A DNA stretch of 64,000 bases from an uncultured Bacteroidales bacterium (lineage in GTDB: Bacteria > Bacteroidota > Bacteroidia > Bacteroidales > VadinHA17): positions 194,014-258,013 of the forward strand of contig CAWALO010000033.1 of NCBI GenBank assembly GCA_963782945.1, written 5' to 3'. Positions 47,121 to 56,739 of the stretch are shown here, piece after piece (the stretch's first letter is position 1; every line of letters begins with the position of its first letter). The translations under genes were made by a program, and so were the position numbers. The notes below the pieces were generated by a model that saw only the letters and a program-made list of their open reading frames with translations, was not told the DNA's origin and did not search any database.

Positions 47121-47516
47121 CTACCCGATTTTTGAAGAGATAAAATAGGTTACCACGGAGACAGAAGCCGCCAGCACCATACCCCAGATCAGATCCACTA
47201 TTGTGACCAATACAGGCCAGTTTTTTAAAGTTGCGAGATTAGTCAGATCGTAAGTGGCATATGTGACGAGTCCGAAAAAAGCACCATAAAGCAGGGCGTG
47301 TACCCAGGAATGCTTTTCAATAGCCGGACTGATTACAAATACGACCAGTGCCGCTATAAAGAGAAGATAGAAAATAATGGCAGCCGGCCAGACGATATCG
47401 GGTCTCATCAGAAATCCTATCTGTTCGCTGTAAAATTTCTTTGCTACCAGAACAAGCCAAATCATATCGATTATAAAAAAAGCCGGCAATGCAATCAGAA
47501 AAAGTCTAATAAACAT
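47121..47516 (-). CDS. DUF2177-like small membrane protein
   Basis: 131 aa, 4 hydrophobic segments. Confidence 0.55.
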   Translation of the reverse strand: MFIRLFLIALPAFFIIDMIWLVLVAKKFYSEQIGFLMRPDIVWPAAIIFYLLFIAALVVFVISPAIEKHSWVHALLYGAFFGLVTYATYDLTNLATLKNWPVLVTIVDLIWGMVLAASVSVVTYFISSKIG

Positions 47517-47537
47517 GACGTTTGTGTATTAAGTTAA

Positions 47538-48908
47538 TTATTCATTAATGTTTATGAAAGCCGAATTTACAAAATAATTTTCCTCAATGCCATAAATGAA
47601 CAGACAGCTTCCTTTGGAAATCTTATCTATTACCTCACCGGATATTTCAACGGGCAGTGCAGGGCATCCCCAGCTTCGACCCAGCCTGCCATGTTTTTCA
47701 ATAAAATCCTCGCTTACATAATCTGCTCCGTGGATAACAATTTCTCTCGATCTTGCATTGTCATTAAAACTCTTTTCCAGGCCGTCAAGCCTTAGAGAGT
47801 AGCCATTCTTTCCAGAATAGGTCTCGGCTGTAAGATAAAACCCCAGGGAACTCTTGAGAGATTCAGGCTTATTGGAGAAACTGCTGGCAAAATTATCCCC
47901 GGAGTTTTTTCCATGTGCTACCAGGCAGTGGTATAAAAGTTTCCGTTTATCAATGTCAACAACAAAACAACGTTTCTCTGTAGATGGTTTCGAAAAATCT
48001 ATAATAGTAAGGAGATTCTTTTTCCTTATTTTATCTGTCTGCCGGTATCCGATGAGAGCAAAGTTAAAAACCTGGACAGGGAGGATCTTGTCAAGTTTGC
48101 AGTCATGCCACAACTGGTTTATATCATCGTCCATTAATGCTACTTTTGTATTACCTGAACTATTGACGGATAGAGACAGGAGAAGTATTATCGCAGATGA
48201 TATTTTCCCAGGTATCAGTATGTTTTTCAGGATCTCCGGCTTCAATGATTTTATACTGGTTAAAGTGAGGTTTTTATGAGAATCCGAGAGTATCCAGAAA
48301 ATTACTCCGCTAATCAGTGCTGCAAAAAAACACCAGACGGATGTGAGATATTGCCTGAAGAATATAGCTGTCACCAGGCATGATAATGTCATTAATATAC
48401 CTAAAAGCCAGGTTTTCTTAATTCCCGATATAAAAAGAGGGGTAATAGTTACAATAAGGTAAACGGCAAATGCAGGGTTGGAAAGTGAATGTGGGAACCC
48501 ATTTTTATAAAGTATATGATGACCGGAGATCTCAGGATTCACACTGAAAGTCAGTAAGCAATATGAATAATAAATTGACAATGACAGTCCAATTCCAGAC
48601 AGTATACGTAAAAATCTTTTTTTTCTGACATTCTCTTCCATCAGCATTATTGATACAGGAATCATTAAAGGCCAGATTACCTGTGCCATTAAAAGAAACA
48701 GGTAGGTACTTATTTTCTGGAGATTAATATAATCATGACCAGGAAGTGTTATCCAGACAAAACCCTCTGCAATCTGTTGAATACCGAAAAAAAGCGGAAT
48801 ACTGGCAAAAACTAATTGTGATGGATTATGAACTTTTCTCAGCGTAGCGACACCAATTGCTGAAATAATTATACCTCCTGCGAAACTGGCTTCGGGTGAA
48901 AAACACAT
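47538..48908 (-). CDS. multi-pass membrane domain fused to an L,D-transpeptidase catalytic-domain (YkuD-like) protein
   Basis: aa 1-215: about 7 TM segments starting MCFSPEASFAGG; aa 230-456: HGKNSG...SSLGFY...VIHGADYV...LGRSWGCPALP (His and Cys catalytic motif of the YkuD family). Confidence 0.7.
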   Translation of the reverse strand: MCFSPEASFAGGIIISAIGVATLRKVHNPSQLVFASIPLFFGIQQIAEGFVWITLPGHDYINLQKISTYLFLLMAQVIWPLMIPVSIMLMEENVRKKRFLRILSGIGLSLSIYYSYCLLTFSVNPEISGHHILYKNGFPHSLSNPAFAVYLIVTITPLFISGIKKTWLLGILMTLSCLVTAIFFRQYLTSVWCFFAALISGVIFWILSDSHKNLTLTSIKSLKPEILKNILIPGKISSAIILLLSLSVNSSGNTKVALMDDDINQLWHDCKLDKILPVQVFNFALIGYRQTDKIRKKNLLTIIDFSKPSTEKRCFVVDIDKRKLLYHCLVAHGKNSGDNFASSFSNKPESLKSSLGFYLTAETYSGKNGYSLRLDGLEKSFNDNARSREIVIHGADYVSEDFIEKHGRLGRSWGCPALPVEISGEVIDKISKGSCLFIYGIEENYFVNSAFININE

Positions 48909-49041
48909 ATTCCTCCTTTCCTGTTATTAGTTAAAAAAGTTCATTGAAATGACTTGGAAAAACTATCCGGAATTATCTTTTAATATTACAACATAATAAC
49001 GGATATTAGCCGTTTAAGTCAATAAAAATCAATATTTTATT

Positions 49042-50709
49042 TCACTGATGTCCGGTATATTCAAACAGGCTGCTTTCGTTCAGGTTTTGTTTTCCACGCG
49101 AGGTAACTTTCGGATTCACGTCAAGCTTAAGAAGAGTTTTCATATTTCCAATATCAAAAGCAGTAAGGTAAACCAGCTTTGTTATCCTGAAGAATTTTTC
49201 ATAATTTATAAGTTCAGGAGTATCTCGTGGTGTGTGATAATCTGGTGTAAAGCCTGAGAAAAACCAGACTGAAGGTATTCCGAAACGGATAAACGGATAA
49301 TGGTCACTCCTGAAATAGACCTGCTCAGGATTGCTAAGATTGGAGTACCTGTAATCAAATCCGAAGTTGATTCCGGATTTCCTGTTCAGTTTGTTTATTG
49401 ATGCATCCAACTCTGAACTGAGGAGATCAGGACATACCAGGTAGAGACTGTCGGTATTATTCCTTCCAAGCATATCCATGTTAAGGCAGGCGCTTATCTT
49501 TTCGACAGGCACAGGACAGTTATTAATGAAATAGTGCGATCCGTTCATCATTTTCTCTTCTCCTGTGAACCAGGCAATTATAACGGATCTCTTTGGACGT
49601 TCTGTGAGCAGAGCCTGTGCGATCTCCATGAGTGCTACAGTTGCCGTTCCATTATCGTCCGCTCCCGGCAGAACTTCCCCTTCGCGCAATCCCAGTCCGT
49701 CGGGGTGACCGCATATAATCACATATTCATTTCGCAGGAGCAGATCAGAACCTTCAACTACTGCAACAACATTTCGCGAGGTTCTGTTTATGTACTCCAC
49801 TGCAACATCCATCTGGACCCTTACACCACTTACTTCCTTTACTGCGACCTGTTGTCCCTGTTCTATTTTCATAAACATTCCTGTGATATCATTCTCTGTC
49901 ATGCCAAGTATATCGGCGGCAACCCTGTGCGAGATCTCGGCTTGTTCAAACGGCAGTGATGGCCTGCTGGTTTCATCCGGGATTTTCCGGGAGTTTGCTT
50001 CAGCATTTGTTCTTTGCGAATCATAAATTATGCCCAGCATGCCTGAGGGGATATCATCAAAAATATTGAATCCCGAATCTAATTTTGCCTCTCTTTCCGG
50101 ACTTACAACAGAAAGTACTGCCGACGCTCCCCTGCCATGCAGCGCAGATACTACGGAATTCAACCTGTAATAGTGATAGGGTCCCGGAGCAGTTTTATAG
50201 CCAGGCCGTAGAGCGTCAAGAATTATAACTATTTTTCCCCTCAGGTCCAGGTCTTTCAAATCATCCCAACCATGATCAGGATCAGAAATACCCAGTCCGG
50301 CAAAAACAACATCACCGGAATAAGATCCGTTGACGGAAAAGTTCCCTCCGAAAGTCTGTCCGAAATAATAAATCCGTTCCCCTTTTCCTCCGGATACTCT
50401 TATCCGTGTACCTGGCTGAAAGACTTTTGTAACAGTGACCGGGACTGACTGGTAGAAGGAACCATCCCGCATAATTGGCTTAAGACCGGCATTCCGCGAC
50501 CAGTTGGCAACATACAGAGTTGCTATGTCAAGCTCAGGGGATGGCGTTTCCCTGCCCCTGAATTCTTTTGCCCCAAGGAAACCCAGATGATACCTCAGTT
50601 CCTTTTCTGTAATCGTCTTTAGTCCTTTTGACTGCGCAAACAGTAGTCCGAAATCAGAAAGAAGTATTAACAAGAATAGAAATCGTAAAATGATCCGGGA
50701 TTTTTTCAT
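49042..50709 (-). CDS. M28 family metallopeptidase with PA domain
   Basis: Signal peptide; GHPDG, DDNGTATV, GEEKMMNGS, DYHTPRD motifs. Confidence 0.85.
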   Translation of the reverse strand: MKKSRIILRFLFLLILLSDFGLLFAQSKGLKTITEKELRYHLGFLGAKEFRGRETPSPELDIATLYVANWSRNAGLKPIMRDGSFYQSVPVTVTKVFQPGTRIRVSGGKGERIYYFGQTFGGNFSVNGSYSGDVVFAGLGISDPDHGWDDLKDLDLRGKIVIILDALRPGYKTAPGPYHYYRLNSVVSALHGRGASAVLSVVSPEREAKLDSGFNIFDDIPSGMLGIIYDSQRTNAEANSRKIPDETSRPSLPFEQAEISHRVAADILGMTENDITGMFMKIEQGQQVAVKEVSGVRVQMDVAVEYINRTSRNVVAVVEGSDLLLRNEYVIICGHPDGLGLREGEVLPGADDNGTATVALMEIAQALLTERPKRSVIIAWFTGEEKMMNGSHYFINNCPVPVEKISACLNMDMLGRNNTDSLYLVCPDLLSSELDASINKLNRKSGINFGFDYRYSNLSNPEQVYFRSDHYPFIRFGIPSVWFFSGFTPDYHTPRDTPELINYEKFFRITKLVYLTAFDIGNMKTLLKLDVNPKVTSRGKQNLNESSLFEYTGHQ

Positions 50710-50769
50710 GACTTTATGTTATCTATGTGCCCTTCGTGTTTTATTTTTCTGAGATTCTGACCGCCCTTT

Positions 50770-51570
50770 TCATATCATCCCTGCTACCACTGCAATAATC
50801 TTTGCAGCAGGTACGAGCATAATCTGTGCTATAACTGTTCCAATTACTCTGGCAAACACCATATAGACAATATATCTCCTGAAGCGGCTTTCACTTGTCT
50901 TTCCCAGAACTACATCATCTGTCATGACCGAGAGGAAAGGATCAATGAAAACGAACATTAATATTGTTGAAAATCCATTTATTATTGCGGAGAGACTGCT
51001 TGCAGTAGTGCGGAATTCGGGATTGAAGTAACCTGCATAGAGTGAGGATAAAACTCCTATAGTTATAATCGCAACGGCTACTACGTTCATTATAAACACT
51101 TTCCATGGGAAATCATTTTTAAGATCAACAGAGGTAATGTTTTTTGCACTGGGGATGACTATATTTTCCCTGATCGAGCTTATTCCTGATTTACTCAGAC
51201 TGTAGAAAAGAACCTTTGGAACTGACTTATAAATACTGAATTTATCTACTGCAATTGATAATACTCTCTGAAAGGTAGGGATCAGTAGTCCGCCAAATAC
51301 TGTCGCAATTGTACAGGATAGAATGATTAGCCTGAAATCCAGGAGATTGGAACCTGCACCTGAATTGATGTTTTTTTCAATCGTACTTGCCAGTAGTGGA
51401 GCCTGGAATCCATTGGCAGTGCGGGAAACCAATACCAGGATATTAAAAAGGGCAAATGAGACTGCAATTCTTCCGGTCCTTATTCCTACGATCCGCACAG
51501 AATAGGAGAGTGTGGTTATAAGGTTGATCAGGAATGTGAGTGCCAGTACAAGTGCAATTTGACTAGTCAT
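50770..51570 (-). CDS. Amj-like lipid II flippase (DUF2837 family)
   Basis: N-terminal LINLITTLSYSVRIVGIRTGRIAVSFALFNILVLVSRTAN resembles B. subtilis Amj; 266 aa polytopic. Confidence 0.6.
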   Translation of the reverse strand: MTSQIALVLALTFLINLITTLSYSVRIVGIRTGRIAVSFALFNILVLVSRTANGFQAPLLASTIEKNINSGAGSNLLDFRLIILSCTIATVFGGLLIPTFQRVLSIAVDKFSIYKSVPKVLFYSLSKSGISSIRENIVIPSAKNITSVDLKNDFPWKVFIMNVVAVAIITIGVLSSLYAGYFNPEFRTTASSLSAIINGFSTILMFVFIDPFLSVMTDDVVLGKTSESRFRRYIVYMVFARVIGTVIAQIMLVPAAKIIAVVAGMI

Positions 51571-51800
51571 AAAGTATAAGGTTAATTTTTCACTGTCTGG
51601 TCATGAAAATTGTATTATGTGGTTGCCGGACAGAACATCAAAATTAACATATAAGTTATACTGAAATTGAAAGGACATCGATTTTTTTAAAGCAAATCTA
51701 TCAACTCTATTTTGTTGCTATTTTCTGATATGCTTTTTTTTCGCCATTTTGATACTTTTTGATATTTTATGATCATTTGTATTTTACAGCTTTATATTTA

Positions 51801-51843
51801 AACACGAAGGTGCACAAAGGTTTTCACAAAGGACTCAAAGGGC
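51801..51843. repeat. CACNRAGK-type array, 4 units
   Basis: aacacgaagg tgcacaaagg ttttcacaaagg actcaaaggg; same unit family as 24719..24757. Confidence 0.75.
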
Positions 51844-51871
51844 TTATATCAAATCAGGTCTTTAATTGTAT

Positions 51872-51934
51872 CTCTATGCTCTTCGCTCTCCGCTCTCCGC
51901 TCCCCGCTTTATGCTTTATGCTCTACGCTATTCG
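51872..51934. repeat. degenerate heptanucleotide array, 9 units
   Basis: ctctatg ctcttcg ctctccg ctctccg ctccccg ctttatg ctttatg ctctacg ctattcg; same unit family as 47071..47119. Confidence 0.9.
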
Positions 51935-51945
51935 AACTCTTCAGC

Positions 51946-51953
51946 TATCTTTG
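51946..51953 (+). promoter_or_regulatory. -7 box TATCTTTG upstream of kefG-like/kefB-like operon
   Basis: Exact motif match 27 nt upstream of ATG 51980. Confidence 0.45.
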
Positions 51954-51979
51954 TTGTTAATATTTAAAATGGGTTAAGA

Positions 51980-52597
51980 ATGGCCAATAAAATACTAATC
52001 GTTTTTGCACATCCAAGATTTGAAAGCTCCGCAAATAATTCGCTTCTTGTTCAGCAGATACCTATTATTCCTGAGATTACATTTCATGATCTGTATGAGA
52101 AGTATCCTGATTTCAATGTTGATGTCGAAAATGAGAAAAGATTGCTTGCGGACCACCAGGTAATTATCTGGCACCACCCTTTCTACTGGTATAGCGCTCC
52201 GGCGCTTTTAAAGCAATGGATCGACCTTGTTCTTGAATTCGGGTGGGCGTATGGTCCCGGAGGAGAAGCTCTGAAAGGCAAAATATTGTTTCATTGCATC
52301 ACTTTGGGGGGACACCGGTCGGCTTACAGTAAGGAAGGGTACAACAGGTTTACCCTGATGGAACTTCTCTCTCCATTTTACCAGACAGCATTTCTTTGTA
52401 AAATGACATGGCTGCCTCCTTTTGCAGTCCATGGGACCCACAGAATATCAAATGAGGAAATGAATCTTGCTGCCCGCCAATACGGTGTTTTGCTTGAGAT
52501 GATGGTCAGAGGAGATTTTTCAGTAAATGAAATCAGTAAGTATACGTATATGAATGACTGGGTTACAAGTATAACAGCTAAAATTTCTGCACAATGA
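51980..52597 (+). CDS. flavodoxin-like NAD(P)H oxidoreductase, KefF/KefG-type ancillary protein
   Basis: KILIVFAHPRFESS..., WHHPFYWYSAPALLKQWIDLVL; ATGA overlap with the following kef gene. Confidence 0.8.
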   Translation: MANKILIVFAHPRFESSANNSLLVQQIPIIPEITFHDLYEKYPDFNVDVENEKRLLADHQVIIWHHPFYWYSAPALLKQWIDLVLEFGWAYGPGGEALKGKILFHCITLGGHRSAYSKEGYNRFTLMELLSPFYQTAFLCKMTWLPPFAVHGTHRISNEEMNLAARQYGVLLEMMVRGDFSVNEISKYTYMNDWVTSITAKISAQ

Positions 52598-54471
52598 ATT
52601 TCCTTACACAGGCACTTATTTATCTGGCGGCTGCAGTAATCTGTGTGCCAGTGGCAAAAAGGCTGGGGATGGGATCTGTCCTCGGGTACCTCCTGGCGGG
52701 GATGCTTATAGGCCCCTTCGTTCTCGGATTTATTGGAAAGGAGGGTCAGGATATAATGCATTTTGCCGAGTTTGGGGTGGTAATGATGCTTTTCCTTATC
52801 GGACTGGAGTTGGAACCATCTCAATTCTGGAAAATGAGAAAAACGATTTTAGGTATGGGTTCGATCCAGCTTGTTTTTACTTCATTACTGATATTTGCAC
52901 TCATGATGGTTCTGGGACTTGCATGGCAGGTATCTCTGGCTGTTGCCCTTGCCTTTGCAATGTCCTCCACAGCCATTGTATTACAGACGATTAAGGAGAA
53001 AGGTCTTTCCGGAACTGCTTCCGGACAGGCCTCATTTTCGGTACTTCTTTTTCAGGATATAATGGTTATACCGATCCTGGCAATTCTTCCCCTTATTGCA
53101 GTCAGGGGGCTTACTGAAAGCCGGCATATCGATTCATCGCTCATTGGTAATTTGCCGGGGTGGATGCAGGGAATTGCGTTTTTTGGCGCCATAGCCTTAA
53201 TATTTTTCGGCGGAAGATACCTTTTTGTGCCCCTTCTGCGGATTGTTGCCAGAACAGGGCTTAGAGAGCTCTTTACCGCCTCATCACTGCTTCTTGTAGT
53301 TTCTGTCGCTCTTCTGATGCAGGCAATTGGCCTCAGTCCTGCCCTCGGCACATTTATGGCTGGAGTTGTACTTGCAAGCAGTGAATACCGCCATGAACTT
53401 GAAAGCGATCTTGATCCTTTTAAGGGACTACTTCTCGGACTTTTTTTTATAGGAGTAGGGGCATCTATAAACTTTGAGCTTATAGGTTCAAAACCCTTTT
53501 TGATCTCCGGCCTTGTTGCCGGAGTCATGGTAATAAAGTTTGCAATTCTTCTGGCAACAGGCAAGATATTCAAAGTGTCTTCCGATCAGAACCTCCTTTT
53601 TGCTTTTGCTCTTTCCCAGGTTGGCGAGTTTGCATTTGTTCTGCTTTCATTTTCAAATCAGCTGAATATTATTGACCGTGAATGGATGGATATTATGATG
53701 GCTGTAACAGCGATTACAATGACAATAACTCCTCTGCTTCTCCTTCTTAATGAAAGAATTATTGATCCAAAATTCGGAGTAATGGAAAAATCAGATATGG
53801 ATAAAAATGCTGATTCTGAGATTGAAGAACATCAGCCGGTTATAATTGCAGGATTCGGTCATTTCGGAAGTACAATCGGAAGGTTCCTTAGGGCTAATGG
53901 TGTCGAGGCAATAATCCTGGATCACGATTCCGACCGTGTTTCACTTCTCAGAAAGATGGGTTTCAGGGTGTATTATGGCGATGCCACAAGGCTGGATCTT
54001 CTTCAGGCCGCCGGTGCCGGGAAAGCTAAAATTCTGATTGCAGCCATTGATTCTCCTGAAATAAACCAGGAACTCATTGCCACTGCAAGGAAAAATTTCC
54101 CTCACCTTCATATAATGGCCAGGGCAAAAAGCAGGATGGACGCCTACGAACTAATCGATATGGGATTGAGCGATATTTACAGGGAGAGCCTTCATACTTC
54201 TGTAAAACTTGCAGTTGATGTTCTGGGAAAGCTTGGACACAGAAGTTATACCGCAACCCGTCAGGGACAAAAGTTCCTGCAATATGATGAAGCTGCCCTG
54301 AAAGAGATGGCTGAGCATCGCCATGATATGAAACAGTATGTCCTTAAAGCCAGGGAAACTTTTAAGCTCCAGGAAGAGTTGCTCGCAAAAGACATTGCCA
54401 TTGAAACAGGTGAAAATGATCACTCATGGGATTCAGAAAACATAAGGGAAACGCTCCGGAGAATTCAGTAA
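52594..54471 (+). CDS. glutathione-regulated K+ efflux system protein KefB/KefC type
   Basis: About 12 TM segments plus C-terminal Rossmann VIIAGFGHFGSTIGR (KTN/RCK) domain. Confidence 0.85.
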   Translation: MNFLTQALIYLAAAVICVPVAKRLGMGSVLGYLLAGMLIGPFVLGFIGKEGQDIMHFAEFGVVMMLFLIGLELEPSQFWKMRKTILGMGSIQLVFTSLLIFALMMVLGLAWQVSLAVALAFAMSSTAIVLQTIKEKGLSGTASGQASFSVLLFQDIMVIPILAILPLIAVRGLTESRHIDSSLIGNLPGWMQGIAFFGAIALIFFGGRYLFVPLLRIVARTGLRELFTASSLLLVVSVALLMQAIGLSPALGTFMAGVVLASSEYRHELESDLDPFKGLLLGLFFIGVGASINFELIGSKPFLISGLVAGVMVIKFAILLATGKIFKVSSDQNLLFAFALSQVGEFAFVLLSFSNQLNIIDREWMDIMMAVTAITMTITPLLLLLNERIIDPKFGVMEKSDMDKNADSEIEEHQPVIIAGFGHFGSTIGRFLRANGVEAIILDHDSDRVSLLRKMGFRVYYGDATRLDLLQAAGAGKAKILIAAIDSPEINQELIATARKNFPHLHIMARAKSRMDAYELIDMGLSDIYRESLHTSVKLAVDVLGKLGHRSYTATRQGQKFLQYDEAALKEMAEHRHDMKQYVLKARETFKLQEELLAKDIAIETGENDHSWDSENIRETLRRIQ

Positions 54472-54490
54472 ATAGCAGCAAATAGCAGCA
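54471..54490. repeat. direct decamer duplication aatagcagca x2
   Basis: Starts on the last nt of the kefB/C-type stop codon. Confidence 0.6.
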
Positions 54491-54564
54491 ATGCTGGTTT
54501 TTACTGAACCTGTCCTGATTAATATGTTATATACAATCTTCTTGACTTTTGTAACTGGATTGAG

Positions 54565-54572
54565 TATCTTTG
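54565..54572 (+). promoter_or_regulatory. -7 box TATCTTTG upstream of the desaturase gene
   Basis: Exact motif match 58 nt upstream of ATG 54630. Confidence 0.45.
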
Positions 54573-54629
54573 TAGTTTGATTATCAAAGTATTGCCTTAA
54601 AAGCACTTATCAATTTTTAAACACATTTT

Positions 54630-55649
54630 ATGGAAACTGAAAATACTATAAATAAGAATAAAAGACCTGAATGGATGGAGATTATCTCACGGTACAATAT
54701 ACCAGATCCGGTCAAAAGCTGGTGGCAGATAATTAATTCAGTCGGCCCCTATATAATCCTCTGGATTCTAATGGTAAAAACCATAGGAATATCTTACTGG
54801 CTTACATTGCTATTGTCTGTATTTGCGGCCGGTTTTATGATCAGGACGTTTATTATCTTTCATGATTGCGGACATGGCTCATTTTTTAAATCAAAAAGAT
54901 TAAACACGGTTGTGGGAATCATAACAGGGCTTATGGTATACACTCCTTATCACAGATGGCACAAGGAGCACAAGATACATCACCAGACAGTTGGCAATCT
55001 GGATAAGCGCGGTATTGGAGATGTTACAACACTTACCGTAGAGGAATATTCTAAAATGACTAAGTGGCAGAAATTTGGTTACAGGTTTTACCGGAATCCT
55101 TTTTTCCTTTTCGGCATTGCTCCGATCTTGCTGTTCACTATTCTACTGCGATTCACCAAAAAGGATATGTCAGCAAAGGAAAAACTTTATATTCATTTAT
55201 CGAACCTTGCACTTGCTGCTGCAATTACATTGCTTATACTGGTAATCGGCTGGAAGACATTTCTATTGATCCAGCTGCCAATACTTTATATTGCCACAGT
55301 ACATGGCGTATGGTTGTTTTATGTTCAGCACCAGTACAGGCATGTGAAATGGACTGAAACTGAAGGATGGGATTACATGACTATCGCCTTAAACGGAAGC
55401 TCTCTGTTCAAACTGCCGGCACTGCTCAACTGGTTTACCGGCAATATTGGCTATCATCATATTCATCACCTTAGCCCGCTCATCCCGAACTATAATCTTA
55501 AACGGTGCCATAATGAGAACTCGATCTTCCAGCAGGTCAAACCGCTCACTTTCTTCACTGCATTCGAGTCGCTCTTTTTAAGGCTATGGGATGAAAAGAG
55601 ACAGATGCTCATCAAGTTCAGTGAGATGCAACGGGTGAATACTATTTAA
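54630..55649 (+). CDS. membrane fatty acid desaturase
   Basis: Three His boxes: HDCGHG, HRWHKEHKIHH, HHIHHL. Confidence 0.85.
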   Translation: METENTINKNKRPEWMEIISRYNIPDPVKSWWQIINSVGPYIILWILMVKTIGISYWLTLLLSVFAAGFMIRTFIIFHDCGHGSFFKSKRLNTVVGIITGLMVYTPYHRWHKEHKIHHQTVGNLDKRGIGDVTTLTVEEYSKMTKWQKFGYRFYRNPFFLFGIAPILLFTILLRFTKKDMSAKEKLYIHLSNLALAAAITLLILVIGWKTFLLIQLPILYIATVHGVWLFYVQHQYRHVKWTETEGWDYMTIALNGSSLFKLPALLNWFTGNIGYHHIHHLSPLIPNYNLKRCHNENSIFQQVKPLTFFTAFESLFLRLWDEKRQMLIKFSEMQRVNTI

Positions 55650-56475
55650 CAGTTCTGTCCAGCGGTCGCCCAAGATCTTCGTACAAGCTCTTCCTTCCTG
55701 CTTTATCATTTGTCAGGATATCGTTTGCATATTTCGCTACCTGTTCAGCAACGGCTCTTGGAACAACTACCACGCCGTCGCCATCGGCAACTACAACATC
55801 TCCCGGACAAACAAGAACTCCGCCGATACAGACCGGACGATTCACTGATTCAATTTCATTTCTGCCCGGACGAATACCACGTCCCTTTTGTCTGAGGTAG
55901 ATTGGAACTCTCTCGAGGCCTATCTCATCTGTATCTCGTGCACCTGCATCTGTAATAACGCCTACAGCCCCGAGCTTTACATAATTAAGAATATTATTCG
56001 AGCCAATCGATCCTATATCCATATCTTCCACGTCGTCGATCACAACAACTGAACCTTTTCTGATAAGCTGTGTATAGGCCTCATGAGAATAGGTGCTGTA
56101 GAAATTACCCTCCCATTTCGGGAATTCAACACCTGGAGCGGGAAGTGCAGGTTTCTGGGTTGGAACAAACCTGACAGTCACCGCGATGCCCCTGATGATA
56201 TGGGCAAAATCCTTCAGATCAACCCAGTCGGGATGTATTGCCTGGTTAACCAGGCCAGTACCTGGCAGTCCTACCATATCAAGTCCATCTGAAACGTCGG
56301 CTACCCTCAGATTTTGATATAGAGCGAGGATCTTTGCATCATCCTCTGCTGCATAGGTTTTTGTCTCTATAAAGTTCATTCCCTTTGCAAGGGCAGCTTT
56401 ATCATACTCCTGGGCATCAGCGATCCTGTAAATCCCAGCTATCAGAAAAAAAGAAAATAAAATAAGTTTTTTCAT
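55642..56475 (-). CDS. RraA-fold family protein (class II aldolase / RNase E regulator fold) with Sec signal peptide
   Basis: MKKLILFSFFLIAGIYRIADA-QE leader; GSVVVIDDV...GSNNILNYVKLGAVGVITDAGARDTDEI core motif. Confidence 0.65.
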   Translation of the reverse strand: MKKLILFSFFLIAGIYRIADAQEYDKAALAKGMNFIETKTYAAEDDAKILALYQNLRVADVSDGLDMVGLPGTGLVNQAIHPDWVDLKDFAHIIRGIAVTVRFVPTQKPALPAPGVEFPKWEGNFYSTYSHEAYTQLIRKGSVVVIDDVEDMDIGSIGSNNILNYVKLGAVGVITDAGARDTDEIGLERVPIYLRQKGRGIRPGRNEIESVNRPVCIGGVLVCPGDVVVADGDGVVVVPRAVAEQVAKYANDILTNDKAGRKSLYEDLGRPLDRTVK

Positions 56476-56589
56476 AGTTTTTGCATTTCAAATGAGGTTG
56501 AACAATCGTAAGTGGACGAAAATTACTTAAAAGTAGTAAAAGTATTTGAGAAACTTTTTTTTAATTGAGCAATTGCAGAAATGAGGGAT

Positions 56590-56624
56590 GGTGCTGGGTT
56601 CTTGGTGCTGGGTTCTGGGTGAGT
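56590..56624. repeat. degenerate heptanucleotide array, 5 units
   Basis: ggtgctg ggttctt ggtgctg ggttctg ggtgagt; same unit family as 60987..61042. Confidence 0.8.
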
Positions 56625-56638
56625 AAAGTTAGTGAATT

Positions 56639-56662
56639 CCCCCTTTGAAGGGGGCAAGGGGG
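56639..56662. repeat. C5-TTTGAA-G5-CAA-G5 module
   Basis: ccccc tttgaa ggggg caa ggggg; same architecture as 16028..16051. Confidence 0.8.
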
Positions 56663-56703
56663 ATGTTTTTCTGGATCAATGTTCAATGTTACTAACCAAA
56701 GTT

Positions 56704-56729
56704 CCCCTCCTTGGAGGGGTTAGGGGTGG
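56704..56729. repeat. CCCCTCC-TT-GGAGGGG-TTA-GGGGTGG module
   Basis: The first two blocks are exact reverse complements; a third G-rich block follows, as in the other two modules. Confidence 0.75.
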
Positions 56730-56739
56730 TTTAAAAGTT

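Noticed and set aside
51926-51940. tRNA-like TTCGAA motif
   Set aside because: There are no flanking T-arm stem, acceptor stem or anticodon arm. It is the decaying end of the heptamer array.
56650-56726. G-quadruplex from the four G-runs
   Set aside because: The runs come in two pairs separated by more than 50 nt, and each pair has a complementary C-run next to it. Hairpins are the far more likely structure.
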